From a virus (Duplodnaviria > Caudoviricetes): a DNA stretch of 35,576 nucleotides. The position numbers and the translations under genes were made by a program. Positions within the stretch are counted from its first letter, which is position 1. Each line of letters starts with the position of its first letter. Below the pieces are notes generated by a model, which saw only the letters and a program-made list of their open reading frames with translations, was not told the DNA's origin and searched no databases. Below, piece by piece: positions 1 through 8,645 of this stretch. The DNA is taken from IMG/VR virus record IMGVR_UViG_3300033122_000198, positions 1-35,576 of that record. The stretch is one strand, 5' to 3'.

Positions 1-2
1 TC

Positions 3-182
3 CATAAGGCAAAGGGTGGCGAAGCAGATAACGTGGCGTTGTTGCTGGAGTCAACGAAAGCTTGTTGTACGTTAACAGAACCTGATGCTGAACGTCGTGT
101 GTTCTATGTTGGTGCGACAAGAGCTAAAGAGAATTTGTTTATTGTAGATGATCCCGAGTCCAAGTGGAGGTTTCAGTGGTGA
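3..182 (+). CDS. UvrD/Rep-like superfamily 1 helicase, C-terminal fragment (5' truncated by window)
   Basis: Manual translation from base 3: HKAKGGEADNV...ERRVFYVGATRAKENLFIV, matching SF1 motifs V (HxxKGxE) and VI (YVxxTRA). The TGA at 180-182 overlaps the polymerase GTG. Confidence 0.9.
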   Translation, partial: HKAKGGEADNVALLLESTKACCTLTEPDAERRVFYVGATRAKENLFIVDDPESKWRFQW

Positions 183-2149
183 AAGAAAAACAATTATCGT
201 TTACCGAAAAAGATACCGACTGGAAGCTTCAGTCCAAAGAAATACCCGAAGAGGATATCCGTGAGGTAGCGTCGATTGCGCTCGATCAGGATTGGACTCC
301 TCCGACTTCTTTTCCTGAACATTACAAAGACGCAAGCGTTATCTCGATCGACCTCGAGACACGCGATCCTAACCTGATGACACTTGGCCCAGGCTGGGCC
401 CGGGATGATGGATACATCATTGGTTACGCTGTAGCGTTCAACGACTTCTGCGGCTACTACCCGGTGCGTCATGAGATTGGTGGCAACATGCCCGAGAAGG
501 CAGTGCACGGTTACATCAAGGAAATGATGGAGTGTGATGTCCCGAAGGTCATGCACAACGCACAATACGATCTAGGCTGGCTACGCTGGGCAGGGATTGA
601 GGTTCGTGGTCCGGTGTACGACACCATGATTGCCGCGGCCATGCTTGACGAGAACCGTCGCTGGTACAACCTGAACTCACTGGCATTTGATTATTTGCAG
701 GAGCGTAAGAACGAACGACTGCTCAAACTTGCGGCCGCTGATTATGGCGTAGATGCAAAGTCAGAGATGTGGAAACTACCCGCCAGGTTTGTTGGTCAGT
801 ATGCAGAGCAAGACGCGGCTGTCACGCGGCGGCTGTGGGATCGACTGCAACCAGACATTATTAGGGAAGAGGTGAGCAGCATCTTCGAACTTGAGACAGC
901 CCTCACCCCTATGCTTTTGGACATGCGGTGGCGCGGTGTACGGGTTGACGAAGAAGGTTCAATGAATGCTCGTAAGCTACTGGAGCAACGCGAAAAAGAA
1001 ATACGCAAGGAGATCAAGACAGAGACAGGGTTAGATGTAGAGCCATGGAACGCGACATCAGTTTCGAAGGTGTTTGACAAGCTTGAGCTTTCGTATCCAA
1101 GGACACCAAAGTCAGACGCGCCCTCTTTTACCAAACAGTTTCTGGCATCGCACCAGCATCCGATGGCGCAGAACATTGTTCGCTTGCGTGAACTCAACAA
1201 AGCGAATACTACATTCATTTCAAATATCTTGAAGTTCTCACACAAAGGTAGAATCCATGCAGAGTTTCATCCACTTCGTTCTGATGACGGGGGCACTGTC
1301 ACTGGGCGTTTCTCTTCATCAAACCCAAATCTTCAGCAAATTCCAGCACGAGATCCACAGATCAAATCTATCATACGAGGATTGTTCTTGCCGGAAGAAG
1401 GTGAGAAGTGGGCTAGTTTTGATTACGCCTCACAAGAGCCACGTTGGTTAGCCCACTACTGCGCTTCGATCACGGGTGTTCATCGACATCCCGCGATTGA
1501 TGATGTGATTGAACAGTATGAAAACGATGACGCTGACTTCCATCAAATGGTGGCAGACATGGCTGGTATCTCACGCAAGGATGCCAAGACGGTAAACCTG
1601 GGCATCATGTATGGCATGGGTGTCAACAAGATGGCTGGTGTTCTTGATACGTCTGTTGATGAAGCCAAGGATCTACTCAAAGAATATCACGACAAAGTTC
1701 CGTTCGTTAAAGGACTGGCAACTATGGTTTCCAACCATGCCGGGGAGAACGGCCAGATTAGAACGATTCTAGGAAGGAAATGTCGCTTCCCACTATGGGA
1801 GCCAAAGACATTTGGTATTCACAAGGCATTGCCGCTAGAGGAAGCAGTCCGGGAACATGGCAGAAGCTCAATTAAACGAGCGTTTACATACAAAGCATTA
1901 AACAGATTGATCCAGGGTTCGAGTGCCGACCAAACAAAGAAAGCTATGCTTGATTGTTACAAAGCAGGGTATCTGCCCATGCTTCAGGTGCACGATGAAT
2001 TGTGCTTCAGCATCGATGCAGATGAAGAGGGGAATCCAAATGAAGACCAGATTATGGAGATTGCTCGGATCATGGAAGGATGCGTTGAAGCAAAAGTTCC
2101 TTTCAAAGTGGACTGCTGTATCGCAGACAACTGGGGGCAAGTGGATTAG
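179..2149 (+). CDS. polA: Family A DNA polymerase with 3'-5' exonuclease domain
   Basis: Exo I DLET, Exo II HNAQYD, Exo III YAEQDA; TVTGRFSSSNPNLQQIP; motif A DYASQEPR; motif B KTVNLGIMYG; motif C VHDE. Start placed at GTG 179 (GGAGG at 166-170, GTGA coupling) rather than 164. Confidence 0.97.
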   Translation: MKEKQLSFTEKDTDWKLQSKEIPEEDIREVASIALDQDWTPPTSFPEHYKDASVISIDLETRDPNLMTLGPGWARDDGYIIGYAVAFNDFCGYYPVRHEIGGNMPEKAVHGYIKEMMECDVPKVMHNAQYDLGWLRWAGIEVRGPVYDTMIAAAMLDENRRWYNLNSLAFDYLQERKNERLLKLAAADYGVDAKSEMWKLPARFVGQYAEQDAAVTRRLWDRLQPDIIREEVSSIFELETALTPMLLDMRWRGVRVDEEGSMNARKLLEQREKEIRKEIKTETGLDVEPWNATSVSKVFDKLELSYPRTPKSDAPSFTKQFLASHQHPMAQNIVRLRELNKANTTFISNILKFSHKGRIHAEFHPLRSDDGGTVTGRFSSSNPNLQQIPARDPQIKSIIRGLFLPEEGEKWASFDYASQEPRWLAHYCASITGVHRHPAIDDVIEQYENDDADFHQMVADMAGISRKDAKTVNLGIMYGMGVNKMAGVLDTSVDEAKDLLKEYHDKVPFVKGLATMVSNHAGENGQIRTILGRKCRFPLWEPKTFGIHKALPLEEAVREHGRSSIKRAFTYKALNRLIQGSSADQTKKAMLDCYKAGYLPMLQVHDELCFSIDADEEGNPNEDQIMEIARIMEGCVEAKVPFKVDCCIADNWGQVD

Positions 2150-2168
2150 ATCCAAGTTTCAGTATCTG

Positions 2169-2270
2169 ATGACAAAGCGTTGGTTTCGGATACTGCTGGG
2201 CTTGTATTTAATTCGCTGGATTATACGAATTGGAATTATTTTTTACGGAATGTGGTGGTACTTCTCATGA
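2169..2270 (+). CDS. Putative 33-aa membrane peptide (MTKRWFRILLGLYLIRWIIRIGIIFYGMWWYFS)
   Basis: Fills the gap after polA, is hydrophobic and aromatic, and its TGA overlaps the next ATG (ATGA at 2267-2270). The SD is weak. Confidence 0.5.
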   Translation: MTKRWFRILLGLYLIRWIIRIGIIFYGMWWYFS

Positions 2271-2503
2271 TGAAACTTCCTGAACGATATGATGACTGTG
2301 TGGTGGGCTATGGTTCCAAAGCGGGTGCAGAAGACTGTCTGATATATGACGTGGACTCTGTGCTTCAGATTTTGATGGAAGACATGACTTACGAAGAGGC
2401 ATTTGAATACTTCGAATATAACATAGCAGGAGCCTATGTGGGCGAAACCACACCCATCTTTCTGTGGCCTAAGACGATGAAGGAAATAGAAGATGAAGTA
2501 TGA
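2267..2503 (+). CDS. Conserved phage hypothetical protein
   Basis: Contains MTYEEAFEYFEYNIAGAYVGETTPIF, a pattern familiar from aquatic phage hypotheticals. ATG 2267 preferred over TTG 2180. Confidence 0.75.
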   Translation: MMKLPERYDDCVVGYGSKAGAEDCLIYDVDSVLQILMEDMTYEEAFEYFEYNIAGAYVGETTPIFLWPKTMKEIEDEV

Positions 2504-3023
2504 GATCATCGACAATGCCTACTCCGCTCAAGACAGAGAGTATATGTTTACTTTCGTGAGGAAGAGTAAATATGTTCTTGGATGGGCAGACCAACACTGG
2601 GATGATGTAAATGGTCAACGCAGAATTTTGTACAGCCATTACTCTTTAGAAGACATTGAGAACATGGGCGTGTTTCGATTGCACAATAACCCCAGAATAG
2701 ATGAGCTCATAAACGGCAGAACACCAGTAAAACAAGTCATCAACTTAGCAGAACCGTCGAACACGTTCCTGCCTCACACTCACCACAATGAAGAAGTCTT
2801 TTTGTATTACTGCAACCATAGGTGGAACACTGAATGGGCTGGAGAAACAATCATATATTCTGAACATGAGTATGAAGCAGAACATGCAATCACCTATAAA
2901 CCCGGCAGAGTGTTGTGGTTGAAACGTGGGGTCATGCACAGCTTACGCCCACCTAGTCAAGCAGCCCCTGAATACAGATTTACCTTTGCCGCGTTTTTTG
3001 CCTGTGAGGAAGAAAGCAAATGA
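2493..3023 (+). CDS. 2OG-Fe(II) oxygenase, prolyl-4-hydroxylase-like (HxH variant)
   Basis: PHTH...YCNHRWNTEWAGET...KPGRVLW...H...YRFTFA matches the phage P4H-like double-stranded beta-helix pattern, with distal His and 2OG-binding Arg. Confidence 0.85.
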   Translation: MKYEIIDNAYSAQDREYMFTFVRKSKYVLGWADQHWDDVNGQRRILYSHYSLEDIENMGVFRLHNNPRIDELINGRTPVKQVINLAEPSNTFLPHTHHNEEVFLYYCNHRWNTEWAGETIIYSEHEYEAEHAITYKPGRVLWLKRGVMHSLRPPSQAAPEYRFTFAAFFACEEESK

Positions 3024-3256
3024 CCGAAAGCAAAGTTCGAGTTCTAAAAGGCCGCATAGGAAAGCTACGACAAAAACTGGTACAAGAGTGGGGTACGGAC
3101 GAGTACTTGTCTGATCAAGAGTTGCGGCGGAACGCCGAGGAGGAGAGCATTCCGCCGCGCTCCGGCCGAGCAAGTCGAGTATATCTCAGTCGCAAAAGGA
3201 ATCATACAGGTGTTTCACCCACCAGTATAAAGAAGCTTCGTCAAGATCGTTTTTGA
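3020..3256 (+). CDS. Hypothetical basic protein
   Basis: ATGA coupling to the upstream gene. Its 3' end overlaps the convergent HNH gene by 71 bp. Confidence 0.5.
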   Translation: MTESKVRVLKGRIGKLRQKLVQEWGTDEYLSDQELRRNAEEESIPPRSGRASRVYLSRKRNHTGVSPTSIKKLRQDRF

Positions 3257-3677
3257 TCAAATTAACACGCTGACAGACCAGTTGAATGTTGTCTGGAACG
3301 TACCCTTCCGTCGATCTAATCCTGTCTATCGAAGCATTTAGGTCTTTTCTTTCTCCACGATCCTGATGATGTGTCATGTACACACCAGACAAAGCACACC
3401 GTCCCTCCTGTTGCTGCCAAAGGGCAAGAACATCATCGACTGTTATTGACCATTCAAACTTATCTTTGCGGCTGGATTTGTTTTTGGTGAACTGATCCCT
3501 CAGATAAATCTCTACCGAAGAACTTTGACGCTTCATTCGTTGACTGCTGAGACAAACGTTGCACCTGTTGACGACACCAGTGCCGTCTTTGTTTTTGTGC
3601 CGTCGTGTTTTCGCTGTTGAACTAAATTCACTCAGCGGTTTTTTACGCTTACATATAATGCAAGTTTTGGTTTCCAC
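3186..3677 (-). CDS. HNH-like (His-Me finger) endonuclease with N-terminal Zn finger
   Basis: CxxC...CxxC at the N-terminus; QEGRCALSG...SIDRI..EGYVPDNIQLVC..VN..K. Start placed at GTG 3677, which has AGGAG upstream. Confidence 0.8.
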   Translation of the reverse strand: METKTCIICKRKKPLSEFSSTAKTRRHKNKDGTGVVNRCNVCLSSQRMKRQSSSVEIYLRDQFTKNKSSRKDKFEWSITVDDVLALWQQQEGRCALSGVYMTHHQDRGERKDLNASIDRIRSTEGYVPDNIQLVCQRVNLIKNDLDEASLYWWVKHLYDSFCD

Positions 3678-3699
3678 CCTAAACTCCTGTTCGTGGAGT

Positions 3700-4083
3700 C
3701 TAGTATGACCAGAGAGTTGGTCTGCTACCCCCTTCCAGGTCATCTAGGTGGATAAATCGGGAGCCGAAGTCGCCTTTCTGAGCTATACCAACTCCTGTGA
3801 AGTCAGCAGATTCCAGAGCCAGGGTTAAAAGCTCAAGAGCCTGGTCGCCATGGATTGCAATGTCGGCAGCGCGACCAGATTCATGAGCCCCGGGCTTGGC
3901 TTTACGAGCTTCGATCGGATGATTTTTGCAGCGGTATCCGCTGCTGATGACCATGCTGTGACCGTAGTCGGTTCGAAGAGCCTGTAGCTTTTCGATAAAA
4001 GATTCTCTCATGCCGTGCTCGCCACAACATTGGCAAGCAAACTCGTTGGCACTGAAGTTTGGAAACTTGTCCCAATCAACCAT
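3700..4083 (-). CDS. Peptidase M15A-family endolysin
   Basis: NFSANEFAC.CCG...ISSGYRC..H...AH..GRAADI...FIHLD. ATG 4083 has GGAG upstream. Confidence 0.92.
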   Translation of the reverse strand: MVDWDKFPNFSANEFACQCCGEHGMRESFIEKLQALRTDYGHSMVISSGYRCKNHPIEARKAKPGAHESGRAADIAIHGDQALELLTLALESADFTGVGIAQKGDFGSRFIHLDDLEGGSRPTLWSY

Positions 4084-4279
4084 AGTACAGACTCCGTGTG
4101 TGTTTATAGATTCTTCGTGGGCACACGTCTTCTTCATAGATTTGGTGTGTCTTTTTTACTTTGTCAGAGCACTGATATGTACAGTGGCGCACGAGGACGT
4201 TGGGTTTTCTATCCATGTAAGCCATGGTAACGCCCTGTGTTGTCAGTTGGCAGATGATTGCTGTAGCTTCAATTATCAT
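4076..4279 (-). CDS. Small Cys-containing hypothetical protein
   Basis: Overlaps both neighbours by a few bases in a tightly packed operon; four Cys. Confidence 0.55.
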   Translation of the reverse strand: MIIEATAIICQLTTQGVTMAYMDRKPNVLVRHCTYQCSDKVKKTHQIYEEDVCPRRIYKHTRSLYYG

Positions 4280-7200
4280 TGCGGAGCCTTTGTGCTAGTT
4301 CCATGTTCCGAGCTATTTCTACCGGGTTATCACCCAAAAGTCCCGGTGAAACAGGGCCCGTAGCTTGCACAGGAGGTACAGGAGCCGGGGCAATCGATGT
4401 TCTAGGCGACGAGAGAGACAATCCTGAACCCTGATTTTGGGGTAAAATGCTCGTTTTTGGTGGTTCTGGCTCTTGCTGAAATTTTGGGAATGGTTGATCC
4501 AACCTCAGTCCTCTTAGTTCATCTCTTGCCAAGGTGTTCAATTCTCTTCCAAGCCTACGAAGATCTCTTGACGGTATTATGCGACCTTCGCCCTCACGTT
4601 CTTCTTTACGAGCTTGTACAGAAAGCTCTGAACCAATCTTCAAAGGTTGAAACTCACCATCAAGAATTTGTCTTACATCAGACTTTCCGATTCCTCGACG
4701 CGAAGTGGCTCTTTTGAGAATATCCCTGTCGCTCATGCCAAGAGCTTTAGCTGCTTCAAAATCTAAATACAACTCTTGTTGAAGCCGGAACAAGTCTTGA
4801 TTGGCATCAGTCCAACTCGCTACGATTCCGTCAAACGTTGCGTCGTTAGCTCGGAAAGCTCTACGGAGTTCAGCAGCAGGACCACTGTTTCTAAACTTAG
4901 CGTATGCAGAAGAACCAAACTCAATCTGTGTTTTAGCATCAAGTTCCATGCTTCGGGCACCAAGTGTATTCGCCATGACCTCTTCGTAAATATTAAAATT
5001 CTGCCCGTATGATCCGGGGATCTCTTCAGCGGCTCTTGTTACCCTGCCTGGAGTTAACCCTTTGCCTGGTCTGATTGTTACAAAGTTATCTAGGATGGAT
5101 GGATTCATGGCACCTAGAATATGTTCCATACTCTTGGTGAACTTTTCACCAGGATTATCTGTATCGGCATAGATCTCTGCGCCTGTGCGACGACGGCCAC
5201 CGCGTCCAAAGCCCGCTACGCTTATAACGTCAGCAATACGCTCAGACAGCAATGCTTCCTCAACGAATGGTTGAGCCAGCTTGCCCATGAATGTAAAACC
5301 ACCATCAGCTATTTTTTGTAGCTCGCTTTTTCCAAGAGCCTCGCCTCTAGAATATGCTTCCAAGGCAGCTTTGGCAGGAGCTACAGCAGAGTCATACGGC
5401 GCGTAATAACTAATCGGCATGTACTGCATCTTGCCGTCTTTGGGTTTTGTCAGCGGAACCATAACCTGACCTTCGTAGAAGTACGGCTTCAGTCTATCCA
5501 AACCTTCACGTTCCTCTGCTGTGAGTCCCAACGCAGCAGAAGCACCCGCGGCAATAGCCGGGCTGACCCCAGCGGCTGTAGTAAGGTAGCCAGTCAAACG
5601 TTTCGCACCAATCGCGTTGATCTCACGCTCCAAACGTTTCGCTGCTTTTTCACCCATCTTAGAAATCATATCGTCCGTAGCTCGGAACGATATTTCTGCG
5701 GAACCCTGACGGACAATATTGAAACTGTTGCGAATAATCTCCGCGCTGAAGCCAACAAAGTTACCAGCCAGTGGGAATCGAGCAGCCATTTTTGCAATCG
5801 CTGGTATGCGACTGTAAACAGGCATGACATCCTTAACGATGTCGGCTGTCCACACATCAAAGAAGTTATCGCCTTGTGCATTTGTTTGACGCTTGGCAAC
5901 GCCTTGAGAAATTAAATCAGGAGCAATCGCATCCCAATCGGAAGCTTTGATCGTTGCCTGTCCGGTTTCATCAAGAACCGAGTTCCGAAGTGCAGCAGCA
6001 TATCGCCCACGTTCAGAGATAAACGCATTCATCTTCCACAGGTTGTCGGCAAAAGCATAGCTGGTTTGTAGACCGCGGATCGGTGCACCTAATGTTTTGG
6101 CTGTTGTTTCTGCACCCGGTATTTTTTTGGCAGCGTCTGTCAGCCTTTCGCCAAAACTAATGACACGTCGTCCATTCTTTTCTGCTTCTCTCAACGTGCC
6201 ACGAAGGGTGTCCTGCATTTCTTTCAAAAGCACACTGTCTTCAAGCAATCCATTTCGCATCGCTAGTTCGTAGAAATCTTGAAACTCTTGGTCGCGCATT
6301 CTTGCCATCTTGCCGGAAGCAACTTGGAAAGAATCAAAGATGTCTCCCGCTCTAGGCATGTGCCCGTTGGCAGTTGCAAAGAAAACACCAGACGCATAGT
6401 TTCTTACTTGCGCCATAGTGCTGTATACAGTTTTAGCTATTTGAGAAGCACCTTTTGCTTGGATGCCCAACGCCCACATATTACCCAAAGCGGTCCGGGC
6501 AATCGGACGAGTTGTCAGTGCATCGAATAATTCTTTACGAACAAAATTACCACCGAGTGTTCCAAACTGACCGCCGAACACTGTGTTTTGTGCGGCAGGA
6601 ACTTCTACATACGCTTTAGATATAGTCTGAAAAACATCATCGGCACTTTGTTCTATTTCCGCCATTGTTTCTTTACGCAAGATCATTGGCAGTTTGCCCT
6701 CACCAATGTCTGTTAAAGAGCCAGTAATATTTGGATTATCCAGCAAGTCATTGTACAGCTTTGAGGAGCCAGCTATACCCGCCATATCTGTTATGGTTTG
6801 TAGGTATCTAGATACTGCTGCATCTTTTCCGCTTTTTACTTCGCCCATCAACTCACGAAGCATTGGCGATGCCTCTAAAATAGCACTACGGCTTTTCAAT
6901 AGATCTTCGGATACTTTAAAAAGTGGGACTGCTTCACCAAAGACACGTTGCGCTCCTTTTGTGGAATTTACAGTTTTTTCCACTTGTTTCTCAATGGTTT
7001 CACTAGCAGCCTTGCTTAACCCCTCAAGAGCCGGAGTATCTGTAATACCGATACGGTCTTTAACTATATTATCAATTACATACTGTTCGACATACGGACG
7101 TAAGTTTCCGTCGTCGGCTAATCTTGTTACGTCTTCGTTGCCGTGTTTCAACATAGCTGCTTCGACTTCATCCGCAGCTTGTTTAAATTTGCTGGTTCGT

Positions 7201-8627
7201 ACTACTTTATCTATATCTCTGCGGTTGACTCCACCAGAGTACATCCGACGTAAGTATGAGCCTTCTCTTTTTTCAAAAGCTACTCGTAAGTCTCTGTAAA
7301 CTTGTGCTGCACTACGACCAGTCATGGGATCAGGTAAGATGTCCCCGTTTCTGTATGCTGTGGCTAGTTGATCGTAAATCTGTTCTGACAAAGCGTTACG
7401 AGCATTTGCCAGTCTTTCAGCAGATTTTTGAACCGTTGGTTTATAAGCACTCAAAGCATCTAGATCTCCCTCAAGATACTTAATCAAATCATCGTATCCT
7501 GCCTGGTACGCTTCTTTGCCTCTACCAAACAAAGGCATTCCACCGATTGTCCGACGCAACTCTTTGTCATAGTTCGATAGTGCCTTGGCACCAATTCTGG
7601 TAAACCCGGCTACGTCACTGCCTGTGTCTAAAATTTGTTCGCTTAGTTCTTTTTCTAACAGACCAGCAGTCGTAAAATATTTTTTGAAGTTAGTTGGATT
7701 TACAACAGGTACTTTCTCAGCCTGTTCAGCAAGAACGTCAAACCCTTTGCCGATTACATTTGTAACGGGTGCGATAGCTGGACTTGCAGCACCAACTGCC
7801 ATACCAACGCCACCGATGGTTGCTCCCGCAACAGGCAGTGCCAAGTCTACACCAACCCCAATGCCTAGACTTTCACCCGCAATACGAAGTTTGTTACGCA
7901 TACGGCGAGCAACTTCTTCTCTGCCCGTGAAGCCCATATCTTCTTCTGTCCGCAGTCCTTCAGGCAGCGCATCAAAATGATCAGCCATTGTTGACACACC
8001 GTCCGGTGCAACCATGAAATCCGCTGTCGCTGTGGCACCACTTGTGACCACACCTCTTTTAAGGTCGTATAAACGACGGGTGACTGGACCTGATCCTTCT
8101 CCAGCAAGTAGAGCCTTTCCTGCTCTACTGTTGCCGAAAGCTTCGGCCGATTTACCAAAACGTGTTTTTGCTGTGCCAAGAGCCTGTGCTCCACGAGCCG
8201 CTTTCCCAGCAGTGTTCATCCAACCAATGACAGGGATTGCAGTTGTAGCAAACAGTCCAAGAAGTTCTGCCATCTCGCCAACTTGTGTTTCTGGGTTCAC
8301 GCCCAGACGATCACGCAGTTGTGTGGTAAACGCATCCAGATCTCGTAAGCTATCTTCATCGGCAAGAGCATCGTACAAACCGAAGCCCAGCGTAGCGATA
8401 CCCTCGGGGACACCTATTACAACTCCAGACACAAGTCCTTTGAACGCATCGCCCAAGACACTAACATCATCCGTTGTAGCTTTTACAGGATCGTACTCTC
8501 TTGATCGAGGTGTTTGAATTACCCGTTGTTCAGTCTGTTGTCCGGCGCGGCGAGGAGAAACGATCCCAAGACTTTCCTCTTGTTCGCGTCGCCGTTCATC
8601 CTCGATAAGTTTTTCTAGAGGGGTCAT
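4269..8627 (-). CDS. Large internal virion (DNA ejection) protein, 1452 aa
   Basis: Size, helical Ala/Gly-rich composition, hydrophobic N-terminal helices and position as last of the ejection genes (T7 gp16/P22 gp16-like slot). AGAGGGAG upstream. Confidence 0.75.
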   Translation of the reverse strand: MTPLEKLIEDERRREQEESLGIVSPRRAGQQTEQRVIQTPRSREYDPVKATTDDVSVLGDAFKGLVSGVVIGVPEGIATLGFGLYDALADEDSLRDLDAFTTQLRDRLGVNPETQVGEMAELLGLFATTAIPVIGWMNTAGKAARGAQALGTAKTRFGKSAEAFGNSRAGKALLAGEGSGPVTRRLYDLKRGVVTSGATATADFMVAPDGVSTMADHFDALPEGLRTEEDMGFTGREEVARRMRNKLRIAGESLGIGVGVDLALPVAGATIGGVGMAVGAASPAIAPVTNVIGKGFDVLAEQAEKVPVVNPTNFKKYFTTAGLLEKELSEQILDTGSDVAGFTRIGAKALSNYDKELRRTIGGMPLFGRGKEAYQAGYDDLIKYLEGDLDALSAYKPTVQKSAERLANARNALSEQIYDQLATAYRNGDILPDPMTGRSAAQVYRDLRVAFEKREGSYLRRMYSGGVNRRDIDKVVRTSKFKQAADEVEAAMLKHGNEDVTRLADDGNLRPYVEQYVIDNIVKDRIGITDTPALEGLSKAASETIEKQVEKTVNSTKGAQRVFGEAVPLFKVSEDLLKSRSAILEASPMLRELMGEVKSGKDAAVSRYLQTITDMAGIAGSSKLYNDLLDNPNITGSLTDIGEGKLPMILRKETMAEIEQSADDVFQTISKAYVEVPAAQNTVFGGQFGTLGGNFVRKELFDALTTRPIARTALGNMWALGIQAKGASQIAKTVYSTMAQVRNYASGVFFATANGHMPRAGDIFDSFQVASGKMARMRDQEFQDFYELAMRNGLLEDSVLLKEMQDTLRGTLREAEKNGRRVISFGERLTDAAKKIPGAETTAKTLGAPIRGLQTSYAFADNLWKMNAFISERGRYAAALRNSVLDETGQATIKASDWDAIAPDLISQGVAKRQTNAQGDNFFDVWTADIVKDVMPVYSRIPAIAKMAARFPLAGNFVGFSAEIIRNSFNIVRQGSAEISFRATDDMISKMGEKAAKRLEREINAIGAKRLTGYLTTAAGVSPAIAAGASAALGLTAEEREGLDRLKPYFYEGQVMVPLTKPKDGKMQYMPISYYAPYDSAVAPAKAALEAYSRGEALGKSELQKIADGGFTFMGKLAQPFVEEALLSERIADVISVAGFGRGGRRRTGAEIYADTDNPGEKFTKSMEHILGAMNPSILDNFVTIRPGKGLTPGRVTRAAEEIPGSYGQNFNIYEEVMANTLGARSMELDAKTQIEFGSSAYAKFRNSGPAAELRRAFRANDATFDGIVASWTDANQDLFRLQQELYLDFEAAKALGMSDRDILKRATSRRGIGKSDVRQILDGEFQPLKIGSELSVQARKEEREGEGRIIPSRDLRRLGRELNTLARDELRGLRLDQPFPKFQQEPEPPKTSILPQNQGSGLSLSSPRTSIAPAPVPPVQATGPVSPGLLGDNPVEIARNMELAQRLRNDN

Positions 8628-8645
8628 GTTTTCTTTTCTCCCTCT

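Noticed and set aside
1923-2168. 5' part of the 115-aa ORF 1923-2270
   Set aside because: Overlaps the polymerase catalytic domain out of frame; only the distal 33 codons are credible.
4457-8517. Multiple + strand ORFs of 60-200 aa
   Set aside because: Antisense to the 1452-aa internal virion gene, with no recognisable motifs.
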